A stretch of 61,333 bases of DNA, filler included, from Stramenopiles sp. TOSAG23-2 (taxonomy: Eukaryota), in NCBI GenBank assembly GCA_900128395.1. It is 3 parts of 3 records of this genome, joined end to end, with 100 filler letters (N's around TTAATTAATTAA, not from the genome) between each part and the next. Parts side by side here need not be neighbours in the genome. Positions count along the whole stretch, not along the records: positions 41,140 to 61,333 come from LT649561.1; 2 more parts are not named here. The stretch is one strand, 5' to 3'. This document shows positions 44,901 through 55,317 of this stretch, piece after piece. Below the pieces are notes generated by a model that worked only from the letters and a program-made list of their open reading frames with translations, was not told the origin of the DNA and made no database searches. Every line of letters starts with the position of its first letter. Within the stretch, counting starts at the first letter, position 1. Position numbers and translations under genes: made by a program.

Positions 44901-45798
44901 ATACCAAATCCATCTGTTCTTGGTTCATGTGCTTCGATGCTCGCGTGTTTTCCGACTCTACCAACACTGGCCCTGCTTCGTATGTTGTCTCAACTGCATG
45001 CATTTGTTTTGCTAAAGATGTAAAATCCTCTGACATATAATCCGCTTCGCTTTGCTGAAGTACACGAGTACTGTAAAAATGTAATACAGCTGTAATTTCT
45101 GTATTACTAGTGTTCCACACAGGCACTACTAAACCGCTTTTCAAACCAGCACCTTTTGATGAATTCATACGTGCTCTACCTTTGAAATTCAAGTCCGTAA
45201 TCACTTCAGCTTTTTGCGTTTCAAACACACGGCCAACGGCACCACGCCCAGGTTCCAATGTAATAGCACGTGCAGCAGTTTCAAAGTCAGCAATTGCTTC
45301 GAAACTATCGTCATAAAAAGTATCATAAACTCTTAAACCAGTTTGCTCTTCATTAATAGCCCATGCTTCAGCATACGAAAAACGACCACGATCCGTTAAT
45401 ACTGGCAAAAATTTTCGTGTTGCATTTATTAAATTTTCACGATCAACCAGCCATTGTGATATAGAATCTTCACGCCTTGGCGGAGATTCCACAGCAGAAC
45501 TTGAATGAAAATGTTTATTTTGTTGTGAAAAAACATTTTTTTGCAGTTGAAAATTAGTATTTGCTGATATTTTATTAAATATCTCTTGAAAAGTTTTAGT
45601 AGTTGAAAATTGTTTGTTGCGTTTTCCATATGGCAGTTTCTGTTGCATTTGGTTTTTTTCTTTGTTTTTCATATTCATAACAATATTGTTCCGTTTTTTT
45701 GTCGTTGATGTTAAAAAACGTTTATTATTATTATTTAAAGTATTTGTAACAACATTAGTTGTTGTTTTATTACGTAAATGTTGACTTGCACGAAACAT
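41956..45798 (-). CDS. GDH2: Large NAD-specific glutamate dehydrogenase (GDH2 type) with an N-terminal GAF domain and a likely mitochondrial presequence
   Basis: FRGFHVRFREVARGGLR, KNKDIPEFGSKG, GPDEGTAD, GGPDGDLGSNEI and EGANLF motifs; GAF-like PGRGAVGRVF..GLKSGLVVPV; basic N-terminus with few acidic residues. Confidence 0.92.
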   Translation of the reverse strand: MFRASQHLRNKTTTNVVTNTLNNNNKRFLTSTTKKRNNIVMNMKNKEKNQMQQKLPYGKRNKQFSTTKTFQEIFNKISANTNFQLQKNVFSQQNKHFHSSSAVESPPRREDSISQWLVDRENLINATRKFLPVLTDRGRFSYAEAWAINEEQTGLRVYDTFYDDSFEAIADFETAARAITLEPGRGAVGRVFETQKAEVITDLNFKGRARMNSSKGAGLKSGLVVPVWNTSNTEITAVLHFYSTRVLQQSEADYMSEDFTSLAKQMHAVETTYEAGPVLVESENTRASKHMNQEQMDLVYMRLREMGTFHASLNLESVDWFYNQLGLSNSYFDRFTPNEIARHISAYTSARSLNRNSIQISLPNVDGNGVVMMCNTRQFVYGTEISDAEQILDDLRTQTKAQNKCLSSSRWISNNFAAPYWDDRLAVYIVDVEDYREHSVDIMERDLSKITSDGFLNRSEFVLERYQNIIDAKLNQLRPYVERYEEQEDGTVPVVIGMRSVTDPTENLDYQSEEGSSIISKTFGSGGVRNRERGLNTIITELLGEKLIARRKYMNTLSNGLIFYNLYLENKNPDDDAEIERFLDRIGLLSILPRSDLINLLIDQTFTANEYAYTLGATNFAFYFLENESEDLNLLRDALKRDPVNAGRLERISANLSRAALSVSRIDETVRQYPDLMKQIFKNFSDSHDPEGPKNTPEFSNELKNTIEKEVFDELDRKILYAFLSFNQNIEKTNFYVREKSTLSYRLNTKFIDENSIYPMAPYGIFMILSNEFRGFHVRFREVARGGLRLIPSRDAAAYTKNRESLFTENYNLAYTQNKKNKDIPEFGSKGTILLERNCQQSGNYAFSKYVSGLFDVILPSPNGRVVDHHGKEELIFCGPDEGTADVMEWAAFYGKGRGYPYWKAFTTGKPNTMGGIPHDTYGMTTRSVHEYVVGTLDRLGIDESTVTKMQTGGPDGDLGSNEILISKDNTIGIVDGSGTLMDPNGIDREEMTRLATERLMVEHFDKSKLSKDGALILVNETDVTLPDGSIVDNGLTFRNNFHMSKFAKADLFVPCGGRPESINAGNVKELFDENGNCMYKYIVEGANLFITEDARATLEEQGVILFKDASTNKGGVTSSSMEVLAALCMTDEEHSNLMQVKNGEFPDFYNRYVEEVIMVIEENARLEFNCLWIEHERTGEQRAVLTDVLSTKINDLNVDVQNSSLWNNIEIRKSVLTKAFPKALQDEFGLDTLLERLPEDYVKSVFGYYIASRFVYKYGLDGAEFSFFEYMNNYTGEEL

Positions 45799-46333
45799 GT
45801 TGATGTGATATATAGAATAAATATATGATTAATTTTAATATTATATGTATGATGGTATCACAAAATTAAAATATTTGGAAGCACTAAAATATTCTGTTGC
45901 AATTGATATGTAGTGAATACAGACGTACGTCGGAAAATGTCAATGAATACGTCTATAATACTTTAATATATAATAATTTGTTTTTGTTACTACGAAAAGT
46001 ATAAGTTATANNNNNNNNNNNNNNNNNNNNNNNNTGACGACTTCTTACAACTTTTTTTTTTTTTTTTTTTCTATTTTTTCTTCTATTTCCACCTCTTGTG
46101 CTCTTTGTCAGTTGTTTGCCAGTTTGCACTTTATTTCAAAATAACAATACCAACTGCAATTATGAGATCCATGGGAGATAGATGAAAGCAAATTTTTTCT
46201 TCTATTTCCACCTCTTTGTCAGTTTGCCAGTTTGCACCTTTATTTCAAAATAACAATACCAACTGCAATTATGAGATCCCTGGGAGATAGATGAAAGCAA
46301 ACTATTCATTCATTTAATTATTTATTGTATAAA

Positions 46334-47878
46334 ATGGAAGAGGAATTATTACCTGCAAATAATAACAAAAATGACCGACAATTTATGTTGTTGAAAACAA
46401 AGTCAAAATATTGCTGTTGTGGTCCAATCAACTTATTTGCTTTTGGTGGATTTGCATGTTCCGCTATACATGTAACCTATTTAGCACTTTTTGGAATAGC
46501 AATTATAAATATATCAAGTGAATACCATCTTACAAATGGACAAAAAAATTTAATACTTGGATCATTTAGTATGGGATATGCATTAGGACAAATTCCTTGC
46601 GGAGTATATGTGACCAAATATGGTGGTTATCATGGTCCAGTTTTTGCTAGTATTTTTAGTGGCATTGTTTTTATAATGCTTCCAATGCTTGTATCGCATT
46701 TAGCAACAGCATCTTCATCATCTTCTTCGCAAATTAGCCTTGAAACGGGAAATTCAATAGCTTGGGCGTTTGCAATTTCCCTATTTTGTGCTGGATTTGT
46801 AAATGCATTGTATAATCCATCTTTTCATGTCCTAATTGCTAAAAATGTACCACATAAATACCACAATATGATACACAATTTTATTTACAGTGGTCAGCAA
46901 TTTGGTGCAATCTTTGCAACTATAGGAATGGATTTTTTAATTAGTGCATGTGGTTGGAAGTTATCGTTAACTATTGTTGGCATAGCAGCTTTTAGTATAG
47001 GCACGCTTTGGTGGTTCATAGTTGATAAAGAATATTTTGGTAACAATGACAATAATAATAATCAAACCACAAATATTAATAATACTACTATGAATAATAA
47101 TGATATGATGATTGATTTTATTAATGATAGTGAAGATAACAATGAGCAAGACAGAAATCTCCTAAATAATCGTAAGATTACGAATGGTTTCAACAACAGT
47201 AATAGCAACAATGATAATAATAATTCTTATGATAGATTTTCTATGAAACATTGGCGTCCAGTGCTCACTTCATTAAGTTTTTGGGGGATGTGTGTAAATC
47301 ATTTTGGATCGACGTATTCGTTTTATTTTATTATAAATTATGTCCCAACTTATTTAAAATCTATTCATAATATTGATTATAAAGAATTAGGATTTATTAG
47401 TGCCTTGCCGCGAGCATTATCGTTGTTAATAATAATTGTAAGTGCCAGAATAGCTGCATATATCATCAATAATAAATATTTGACCAAAACGAATGTACGT
47501 AAAATTTTTCAATCCATTGGATTATTTCCATGTGCTATCATGTTTTTATTCTTATGCCATTTTCAATCTACTACGTTGATTATATTATTTATAATATTGG
47601 CAAGTGGAATAGGGGGCTTTTGTTACCTCGGGTTTCATATTAATAGCATTGATTTAGCACCATTACCTGAAATGGCTGGATTAATGTTTTGTATTAGTAA
47701 TACTATTGGTACGTTTAGTGGCGTAGTAGTATCCATCGTTAATGATACAGTATTTTCCAATAATCCAAATGCAGATGCAAATGATAACTGGATAACTACA
47801 TGGAATATTGCTGCTTATATTCAAATATTTGTCGGTATAATTTTTATTTTGTTTGCATCTGGGGAGAAGATTGTGTGA
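46334..47878 (+). CDS. MFS transporter, SLC17/sialin-like anion:cation symporter
   Basis: About 12 TM segments; ILGSFSMGYALGQIPCG, YVPTYLK, VRKIFQSIG, IDLAP and ISNTIGT motifs. First ATG at 46334. Confidence 0.88.
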   Translation: MEEELLPANNNKNDRQFMLLKTKSKYCCCGPINLFAFGGFACSAIHVTYLALFGIAIINISSEYHLTNGQKNLILGSFSMGYALGQIPCGVYVTKYGGYHGPVFASIFSGIVFIMLPMLVSHLATASSSSSSQISLETGNSIAWAFAISLFCAGFVNALYNPSFHVLIAKNVPHKYHNMIHNFIYSGQQFGAIFATIGMDFLISACGWKLSLTIVGIAAFSIGTLWWFIVDKEYFGNNDNNNNQTTNINNTTMNNNDMMIDFINDSEDNNEQDRNLLNNRKITNGFNNSNSNNDNNNSYDRFSMKHWRPVLTSLSFWGMCVNHFGSTYSFYFIINYVPTYLKSIHNIDYKELGFISALPRALSLLIIIVSARIAAYIINNKYLTKTNVRKIFQSIGLFPCAIMFLFLCHFQSTTLIILFIILASGIGGFCYLGFHINSIDLAPLPEMAGLMFCISNTIGTFSGVVVSIVNDTVFSNNPNADANDNWITTWNIAAYIQIFVGIIFILFASGEKIV

Positions 47879-48091
47879 TTATCATTTTACGAGTACGATC
47901 GTATGATATTACACCTTAATGATATATATATATATTTTTAAATATAATTTAATATAAAAATGATATCGTCGTGTATATATTATATACATCATATGAGAGT
48001 ATTATATAACACGCTCTAGTGTGAATTAAAAACAATTTTTTTTTATTTTTTTTAAAAAAATTAAAAAAAATTACACGTCGTAAATGTTAAT

Positions 48092-49025
48092 TTAAGAATC
48101 AGTACGTTTTCTTTTTGAATTTTTACTACTACCTTTTTGTTTACGATTATTATATGCCTTCAATATGTTGTTAGCGAGCACTTTCTTAGTGCCCTTATCG
48201 CTAACATCAAATTTCTTAGCTAATACTTGCAATTCACTGTTTTTCTTTTTCTCTAGGATCTTTTTAGTAAGAACCTCCTCTTCTTCAGCATTATCCCCCA
48301 TATGCTGTATTATATCCTTGTCTTCCTCTTTTGATTTTTCATCAATATTCTTCTGCTGTACTTTTTTAACAACGACTTTCTTCTTCTTGGTTGTAGTAGT
48401 AGTAGCAGTAGTATTGGATCCAATTGAAAACGATGGCAATAAAACATTTTGAAATGATTTCCATAATAAAGCATCTCCATCACTATTGGATTGTCCATTA
48501 TTAGAATTACTAGAAACGCTCAAGTTAAATGTACTGTTAAATAATATGGAATCAAAATCTTTGACCCTATCACTCATTGATAATAACCATATAATTATAT
48601 TTAGAAGATTTTTTACATTATTATTACTATTATTATCATCATTGAATAATAATGAATGCAATACTACATTAGCGACAGTCGTTAAATTTTGAAATATAAC
48701 AAATGAAGATTCTTGTACTGGTAGCAAGTCTATTTCTGTAAAACGTTGGACATTGATTGAGCTTGGTGTGTACGTCGTATTATCATTGTTACAATTTAAT
48801 ATGATATTCGAACGATATTGTCCTCTAATTAATATAGATAAGCAAATTGATTTACCTATTATATCTTCATGTGATATATTCGATGAAATCCGTGTCGATA
48901 TATTCTTATTTAAATATTTGAGTAACTTTTTTTCCAACAAATTCGAAGTTATTGCATCGTCGACTTTAATACCTGATTCTTTCACAATACACCCCAGATC
49001 AGGAACTTGAACAATTCCATTACAA

Positions 49026-49056
<31 letters not shown>

Positions 49057-49192
49057 TACCACTATATTTATTTAGTGAGGTTTTAATTAAATTTTCAAAC
49101 TTATTCTTTTTTTCACTAAATGTCCCATTGCATAATGTTAAATATGCTTCATCAATTTCGGATCGATTGTTATTTTTTTTAATCAACGACAT
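48092..49192 (-). CDS. Hypothetical nuclear protein with a C-terminal SAP-like motif
   Basis: KKNSELQVLAKKFDVSDKGTKKVLANNI followed by a basic tail. Confidence 0.55.
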
Positions 49193-49973
49193 GTTTCCGT
49201 ATCTTTTTTCTTTCTTTTGTAGACGAAAAAACTTTATATCCCTTACTTTTAATATATAACATCAATTTTGATATTTCCATCAAATTTCTATTTTCTCTCT
49301 TTTAAATATTAATATACATGTTATTTGTTTTTTTTTATAGTGTACATTAACAACATAAATACTTACAGTAGTACATTACATTAGGAAAACGTAGATTTGG
49401 ACCTGGAAATGCCTCTGGTGTCCAGAGAAACATTACATTACTGGATTATATACTACCAGGTATAATACTCACTATATTATAACACACCAAACGACGTTTT
49501 TTGTTTTATTAAGGTTTTATAAGTTTGAAGTTAAAGTATTAGTATTAGTATTATTCCCTTTTTTGCTTTTTTGGTAACTTGTATCCTTAATTTTTTATCA
49601 TAGCAATATTGGCGAACAAAAGGCATGCTGGCAGCAAGCCCAACCCGATGCGTATTATTATTTCTTTTTTTTTTTTTTTTTGTTGNNNNNNNNNNNNNNN
49701 NNNNNCGTATTATTATTTCTTTTTTTTTTTCTTTGTTGTTGTTGCAGCCTTTTTTTTTTATTACCAGATACTTTCCTTTCTTATTATAAAAATGAATAAA
49801 AGTCTGTATACACAGGTAAATGGATACATTGCAATAAAGATGCATGGGGAAAAAAAAGACGTAAGCTGGAAACATCAATCCAATTGATTGGTAAAAAAGA
49901 GACAGATCGAAGAAGCTTTTCTGACAGCATATGTAATATTGTTGCTGCCACAATATAGCGAAAATAAAAAGAT

Positions 49974-51281
49974 ATGAAGCCCATTCATTATTTGATCATT
50001 TTTGCTGGGATAACAATTGGCATCTTGGCTGGTCTTCAATATAAATTTTTGAAAATTGAAAGTTGTTTGAGAAGTGATATACGTAAAAGAGCTAAACGAA
50101 ACCATCGGGGTCATTTTTCCAATTTAAAAGAAAAGAGTAGGCTTATTCAAAGTGACAATAACCAAACAATAGATTTGTTACCAACGATGGCAAATAAACA
50201 CATGAAAAGAATACCAAAAGATACTCCGGTTGTTAAAAATAATAATTCTCAATCTCAAAGTGAGTATAAAATAAAGAAGAAGGTCGAAAGCAAGGAGAAA
50301 GAAATGATACCGATAAAAAAAGAAATCAATGCATCAGCATATACCCCATGTCCAAAAAATAAAAGATTTCCTCGTCCTGCATTCGTTATGCCTGGCGTAG
50401 AAAAAGGTGGCACAACAGCACTTTACAATTTCTTACTTAAGCATCCTCAAATTTTGTCTAAAAAAAACATGCAAGAAGCTGGTGGGGGTTCAGAAACACT
50501 TTTTCTTGGCGAACATTGGAATCGCCGTGGAAAGAATGAACCAATGGAGCAAAAAAGACAACGCTATAGTAATATGTTTCATACAGTTACGAATGGTAAA
50601 AATGGCTTAGGTTGCACTCCGGATGATCCTATGGTGTTAGTTGGTGATAAAACACCTTCATACATGGCTTTACCAAAAGGTGTGGAAAAATTATTTTCAA
50701 TTGCACCAGACGCACGCATTATAATAAGTTTACGAGAACCTGTAGCAAGAGCATTGTCTTCCTATCGATATTTTGGTCATTTTAAATCAAAATTTTCTGT
50801 ACATATAAATGATGAAATATCTCTTATAAATGAATTTGGTGTCTTACCTGAAGATAAGGATGTAACTCGTTTTAATAAGTTCAACGACATATTGTTATCA
50901 CGTTATAAAAGACACGGTAGGCATTATCATCGTGGTGCAATAGTCGGTTTTGGATTGTATAGTGTGATGTTATACCATTGGATGCAATTTTTCCCTCGAA
51001 ATCGTTTTTTAGTCTTGTTTTTAGAGGAATGGCGAGGCAATACAAACACGACAATGGATGCATTGAATGAAATTTTTGAGTTTTTAGGTTTGCCTAAAAA
51101 ATCTGCCAAAGAAATTGGCAACACACAACGCCCTATAAATAAAACGCCCAAAAAAAATGAACAGACAAAACCTGTCAGTCCAGAAGATATAAAAAGATTA
51201 CAACAATTTTATAAACCGTATAATGAAGCACTTGAAAAACTACTAGGGAGAAAGTTACCAAGAGAGTGGTATTATGATTAA
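49974..51281 (+). CDS. Type II membrane sulfotransferase (heparan-sulfate O-sulfotransferase-like)
   Basis: N-terminal TM; 5'-PSB GVEKGGTTAL; DKTPSY; 3'-PB LREPVARALSSY; FYKPYNEAL. Confidence 0.88.
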   Translation: MKPIHYLIIFAGITIGILAGLQYKFLKIESCLRSDIRKRAKRNHRGHFSNLKEKSRLIQSDNNQTIDLLPTMANKHMKRIPKDTPVVKNNNSQSQSEYKIKKKVESKEKEMIPIKKEINASAYTPCPKNKRFPRPAFVMPGVEKGGTTALYNFLLKHPQILSKKNMQEAGGGSETLFLGEHWNRRGKNEPMEQKRQRYSNMFHTVTNGKNGLGCTPDDPMVLVGDKTPSYMALPKGVEKLFSIAPDARIIISLREPVARALSSYRYFGHFKSKFSVHINDEISLINEFGVLPEDKDVTRFNKFNDILLSRYKRHGRHYHRGAIVGFGLYSVMLYHWMQFFPRNRFLVLFLEEWRGNTNTTMDALNEIFEFLGLPKKSAKEIGNTQRPINKTPKKNEQTKPVSPEDIKRLQQFYKPYNEALEKLLGRKLPREWYYD

Positions 51282-51311
51282 AAATGTATGTGATACGGAT
51301 ATATCTAGATA

Positions 51312-51615
51312 TATAATTTTAAGTTTATACGCATAATTTATTTTTTAATTTTTACTCAATAATAATTCCTACTCTTCAAAAGAATACAATAATTGAAAAT
51401 AATCTATCTCACACTATGCATATGATATGATAGTGTGTTGATATATATGTACCCATAAATAGAGAATACCAATGAAGGTATGCATACAAATTTATATTAA
51501 GTGTGATTATTATTATACTAATTAATATATAACTTTTATGAACGGGAGTAAAACAAATTTATATAATATATGAGTAAGAAAACATTTTATATAACTTTTA
51601 AGATTTTAACCATCA
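51312..51615 (+). repeat. Dispersed non-coding element, copy 3
   Basis: Shares ACGCATAATTTATTTTT, ATAATTCCTACTCTTCAAAAGAATA, AATAATCTATCTCACACTA, AGTGTGTTGATAT, AATACCAATG and AGATTTTAACCATCA, in the same order, with copy 1. Confidence 0.85.
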
Positions 51616-52077
51616 ATATTTAAGTGTGATGAAAATATGTTATCATATGATATGATACACACACGAATATACCGCGTATTATAACATGTTTTATTATTCG
51701 AAAAAAATAATATTATAGATTGTCGCATATTTTGTGTGCTAGAGTATTTATTAAAACACATACTGGCATACTTGGTTCGTATTTTTTATACCCCGAATAA
51801 ATTTTACGAAACATATCTCTCCTCTCTCTCTATTTTACATTTTTATATATATGCACATTTTTTATTTTTTTCTTCTGGTCATATGATATGCATAGCACCA
51901 TACATATTTGATAATAATGCTAGTACGTATCATATACACATTTGATACGTACTTCTTGTATCAATCCAACACAACAAAACAGATTCACATTTGTAATAAT
52001 TATTGTATTTCCTATTTCTTTTTTAAATTGGCCTATTTCACATTTTTTTTAACATATTTATGATTGGTTTACGCAAT

Positions 52078-52962
52078 TTAGTTCAAATAGCGTGAACCAA
52101 TCTTCTTGAATTTAGACATTTTAAATGGTTCTTTTGAACTAGGTTTTCTTCTTGAATTTTTATATAATAAATCTGCTGAATTGGTTGATCGTGGCTTTGG
52201 TAATCTACCAGCTGCTGTTTGCCCAGATAAATCTGCATATGTTGGGTCTTTGACATTTCCTACGCCAACCAATAATGTGCCAACAGGTTCAGAGGGAATA
52301 GAAATGGAACCGAAGCAGATATCTCCTTCCCATGGTTTCTTTGGCCCCTCTTGTACTGCTTCTTTGTCTTCCTTTTTCACAGCAATTCCAAGACTTTCGT
52401 CCGCTTCAATTTTTAACAACATTTCCCTACGTTTTGCTTCTTTTGCCTCTTTACGTGCTCTATATGCATCACGCCATTCATTTGCTTGTTTAGTATTTAT
52501 ACAGCCATTAATATTAGCCATGCGGTTTTCGTATATAATGTCTTTGCCTTTTTTCTTCTTCTTACTTTTTTCACCAGCAACCCAACTAAATATGATATTA
52601 CCAGCAGGCTCTTCGCTTCTTTTTGGTTTATTACCATAGGTAAAACTTAACCCTGGTAAATCATAACTTGTATCACGGCTTTTACCTACAACATATCTAA
52701 TAAGGAGCCGATTTAATTTAGCACCATTGCCTTCAGCGACCATAGTATTGCACCAATTAAGAAATTCATCTTTTGCGATGTCACCGTTTTTGTCTAGTAT
52801 CATAAGTGCTTGACATTGCATACGGTCGTCGTTACTAAACCCTACACCTTTTAATGCAGCAGCAAGTTTTGTTTTTGGGATTGTACTTGCACCATCTGCA
52901 AGTGAATCAAATGTTTCTGATGCACGTTTACGTGCGGCTTCTACTTCTTTTTTTGTTGCCAT
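52078..52962 (-). CDS. CFAP77: CFAP77-like ciliary protein with an N-terminal EF-hand-like domain
   Basis: LLIRYVVGKSRDTSYDLPGLSFTYG, PRSTNSA and EPFKMSKFK motifs; N-terminal FDSL..DKNGDIAKDEF. Confidence 0.65.
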   Translation of the reverse strand: MATKKEVEAARKRASETFDSLADGASTIPKTKLAAALKGVGFSNDDRMQCQALMILDKNGDIAKDEFLNWCNTMVAEGNGAKLNRLLIRYVVGKSRDTSYDLPGLSFTYGNKPKRSEEPAGNIIFSWVAGEKSKKKKKGKDIIYENRMANINGCINTKQANEWRDAYRARKEAKEAKRREMLLKIEADESLGIAVKKEDKEAVQEGPKKPWEGDICFGSISIPSEPVGTLLVGVGNVKDPTYADLSGQTAAGRLPKPRSTNSADLLYKNSRRKPSSKEPFKMSKFKKIGSRYLN

Positions 52963-53631
52963 TTTGTTGCTATTTATTTACTCAATCTAAATCTATTCGT
53001 TATTGTAAATTATGTTGAAATGAAACATAGCACTAGAATATATATATATATATGGTGGATAGGTATGTAATATTTATATATTTACAGCAGAATCAATAAT
53101 AATAATAAAACACCCAGTACTATTTATATGCTATTATATTATTTTCATTTGTTGTTTGTTGTGGCAACGTTCAGTTAGTATAGAAGTATCAGCAGTAAGC
53201 GTTTCGACAGAATACCATGTAAATAGAACTGGTTGCCGGCAACGGCTTAGTGTGTAATGCTATTCTCCTCTTAAAACAATTTTAAATGCTGCGACGTAGT
53301 AGAATTTAATAATTGCCAAATCGATTGCGCCTTTGTTTTTGTACTTGGCCTGTGTGTGTGGCACAGCTATAGTTTCTTTTTGTCGTCTGGTACTGTAATC
53401 GTCAGACGACTCTTTCTCGTAGTGCTGTGCTATGGTAATAAGCTTTTAACCTTATTCATCTTCTAACATGGTAAAAAATAATTATACAATTTCTAATAAT
53501 AGAAATAATCTAACTGGCTAATATCTAATAATAAAGTACAAAATGTACACATTTAATAATTACATGAATTATATGTATATCTAGTGAGAATGGAAAGATA
53601 AGAGAGTTAGATTAAAGAAATAAATTCATAC

Positions 53632-54126
53632 ATGGCAGATGTGGCATCGGATCCATCCGATCCACGATGGAGAGAATATACTGCAACCGAGCAGAAAGCA
53701 AGTAGAGATATGTTAATGTTTGGTTTATGGTGTATGACAATAGTAGTATTTTTTTTGTTGATTGTTATATTGAAAGATTATTTTGCGCTTAAAAATATAT
53801 GTTGCGTAATAAAGCAAAAAGGAAGTTGTGGTACCTTTTTGACACGTCCAATTTATGGATTACTTATTGGCATGTATTCTGTGATTATTGGTATTTGCGT
53901 CCTTAATATAGATATGAGCAATGTGGAATATTTCATTACTGGAATTATATGCTCTGGTCTTGGCTTCTTTGCAATAGTATTTAGTATAATAAATTTACGA
54001 CGACGTTTATATACAAATCGACATAAAGAATTACAAGAAATTTGGAGCAGTAATAGACGCAATGATATTTTAAATACATTGAAAACAGTGAAAGATCAAA
54101 TAATTATTCCATTTACAAGGGATTAA
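53632..54126 (+). CDS. Small membrane protein with three TM segments
   Basis: 164-aa ORF with three hydrophobic segments. Confidence 0.6.
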   Translation: MADVASDPSDPRWREYTATEQKASRDMLMFGLWCMTIVVFFLLIVILKDYFALKNICCVIKQKGSCGTFLTRPIYGLLIGMYSVIIGICVLNIDMSNVEYFITGIICSGLGFFAIVFSIINLRRRLYTNRHKELQEIWSSNRRNDILNTLKTVKDQIIIPFTRD

Positions 54127-54825
54127 AGATAATCATAATGTGAAAGAAAAAGTCCGCACAACAAAGTTGGCCTTTGTGTAAAAAGAGCGCTGAGATTATT
54201 TGTATTTATTGGTATCGTGTGTAAAAATTGGATTTTTACATTTTTTTATTTTTATATTTTTAAATAATATGTTAATCGTCTCAATCTAAGAAAAGAATTT
54301 ACTCCTATTGTTAATAAAGCTCTCATGCGCCGCCGCAAGCCCGGGCAAGCTAAAATGTACTCTAATACAATAAGCACAAGAGTAGATATGAATCCAGCAT
54401 AACACTCTCGATGAAAGTGATCGATGTAGTCTGCGTCGTCAGACTCTTTCGAATCGTGTGATCGATGTGAATAGTCCATAGGTTTACCTTAAAAATTATA
54501 AAACTAAAATATATTATATTTTTAAAAAATAAAAATAGTGTCTGCGCTTTTTTAGTGTCTGTGATGGAGAGAGACGGAGGAGAATACGCAGAATATTTTT
54601 TAATACAATCGTAAAATTTAAGATTGAAACATGTACAAAAAGTTTTTATTATTTTTCCTCTATCTCTCTTTTTCAGAGTTTTAAAATAAAATATTTACTC
54701 TCGTACATTTTATTTAAAGAGACCGACCAAGTGTTCAAAACGAACGCTTGCATATTTTTATGTAAATATTGACAATACCTCTTTTTAAAATGAACTAAAA
54801 ACTCTTTTTGGCGTGATATATGAAC

Positions 54826-55317
54826 TTACAATTTCTTGCCATTTCCACGCAATTGTTGTTGGATAACTTCAACTTTTTTGTGTGCTGGAGCTTCATGTAC
54901 AGCTTTTTTCATTTCTTCAGTAACTGGCTTATCAGCATTGACGGGTTCTTCTGCTTTACATGTAGCAACGCAACCACAGGTAGCTTGTCCACAACATCCA
55001 CACGTGTGATGTTCAACAATAACTGGATGGGAAGTACACGTTGAAACACAACCGCATGTAGCTTGGCCACAGCAATCGCAAGTGTGTACTACTGGTACCA
55101 TAACTTTTTTCTCAGCGCATGGACATGGTTTTGGTTCTTCGTCTGGTAGTTTCTTAACAATTTTTGCTTTTTTCATACAGTCACAACCTGGTTTCTCGTC
55201 TCCTTCAACTTTTCCAATAATAACAGTTTTTGCATCTTTTTTGCAATCATCACCAGGGCAATTTGTTGCACTAGCAACTGCTAATAATGCAAATACTACA
55301 ATAAGAGATAATTTCAT
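54826..55317 (-). CDS. Secreted Cys-rich small protein
   Basis: Signal peptide MKLSLIVVFALLAVASA and two HTCxCCGQATCGCV repeats. Confidence 0.8.
   Translation of the reverse strand: MKLSLIVVFALLAVASATNCPGDDCKKDAKTVIIGKVEGDEKPGCDCMKKAKIVKKLPDEEPKPCPCAEKKVMVPVVHTCDCCGQATCGCVSTCTSHPVIVEHHTCGCCGQATCGCVATCKAEEPVNADKPVTEEMKKAVHEAPAHKKVEVIQQQLRGNGKKL

Noticed and set aside
46011-49705. N runs at 46011-46034 and 49686-49705 and ORFs crossing the latter
   Set aside because: Scaffold gaps beside poly-T tracts; the flank of the second gap is duplicated.
53382-53410. 8-bp hairpin GTCGTCTG..CAGACGAC
   Set aside because: Single short stem with no second copy seen.
54252-54479. 75-aa minus-strand ORF with a hydrophobic stretch
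   Set aside because: Short and without recognisable motifs; cannot be supported as a gene.
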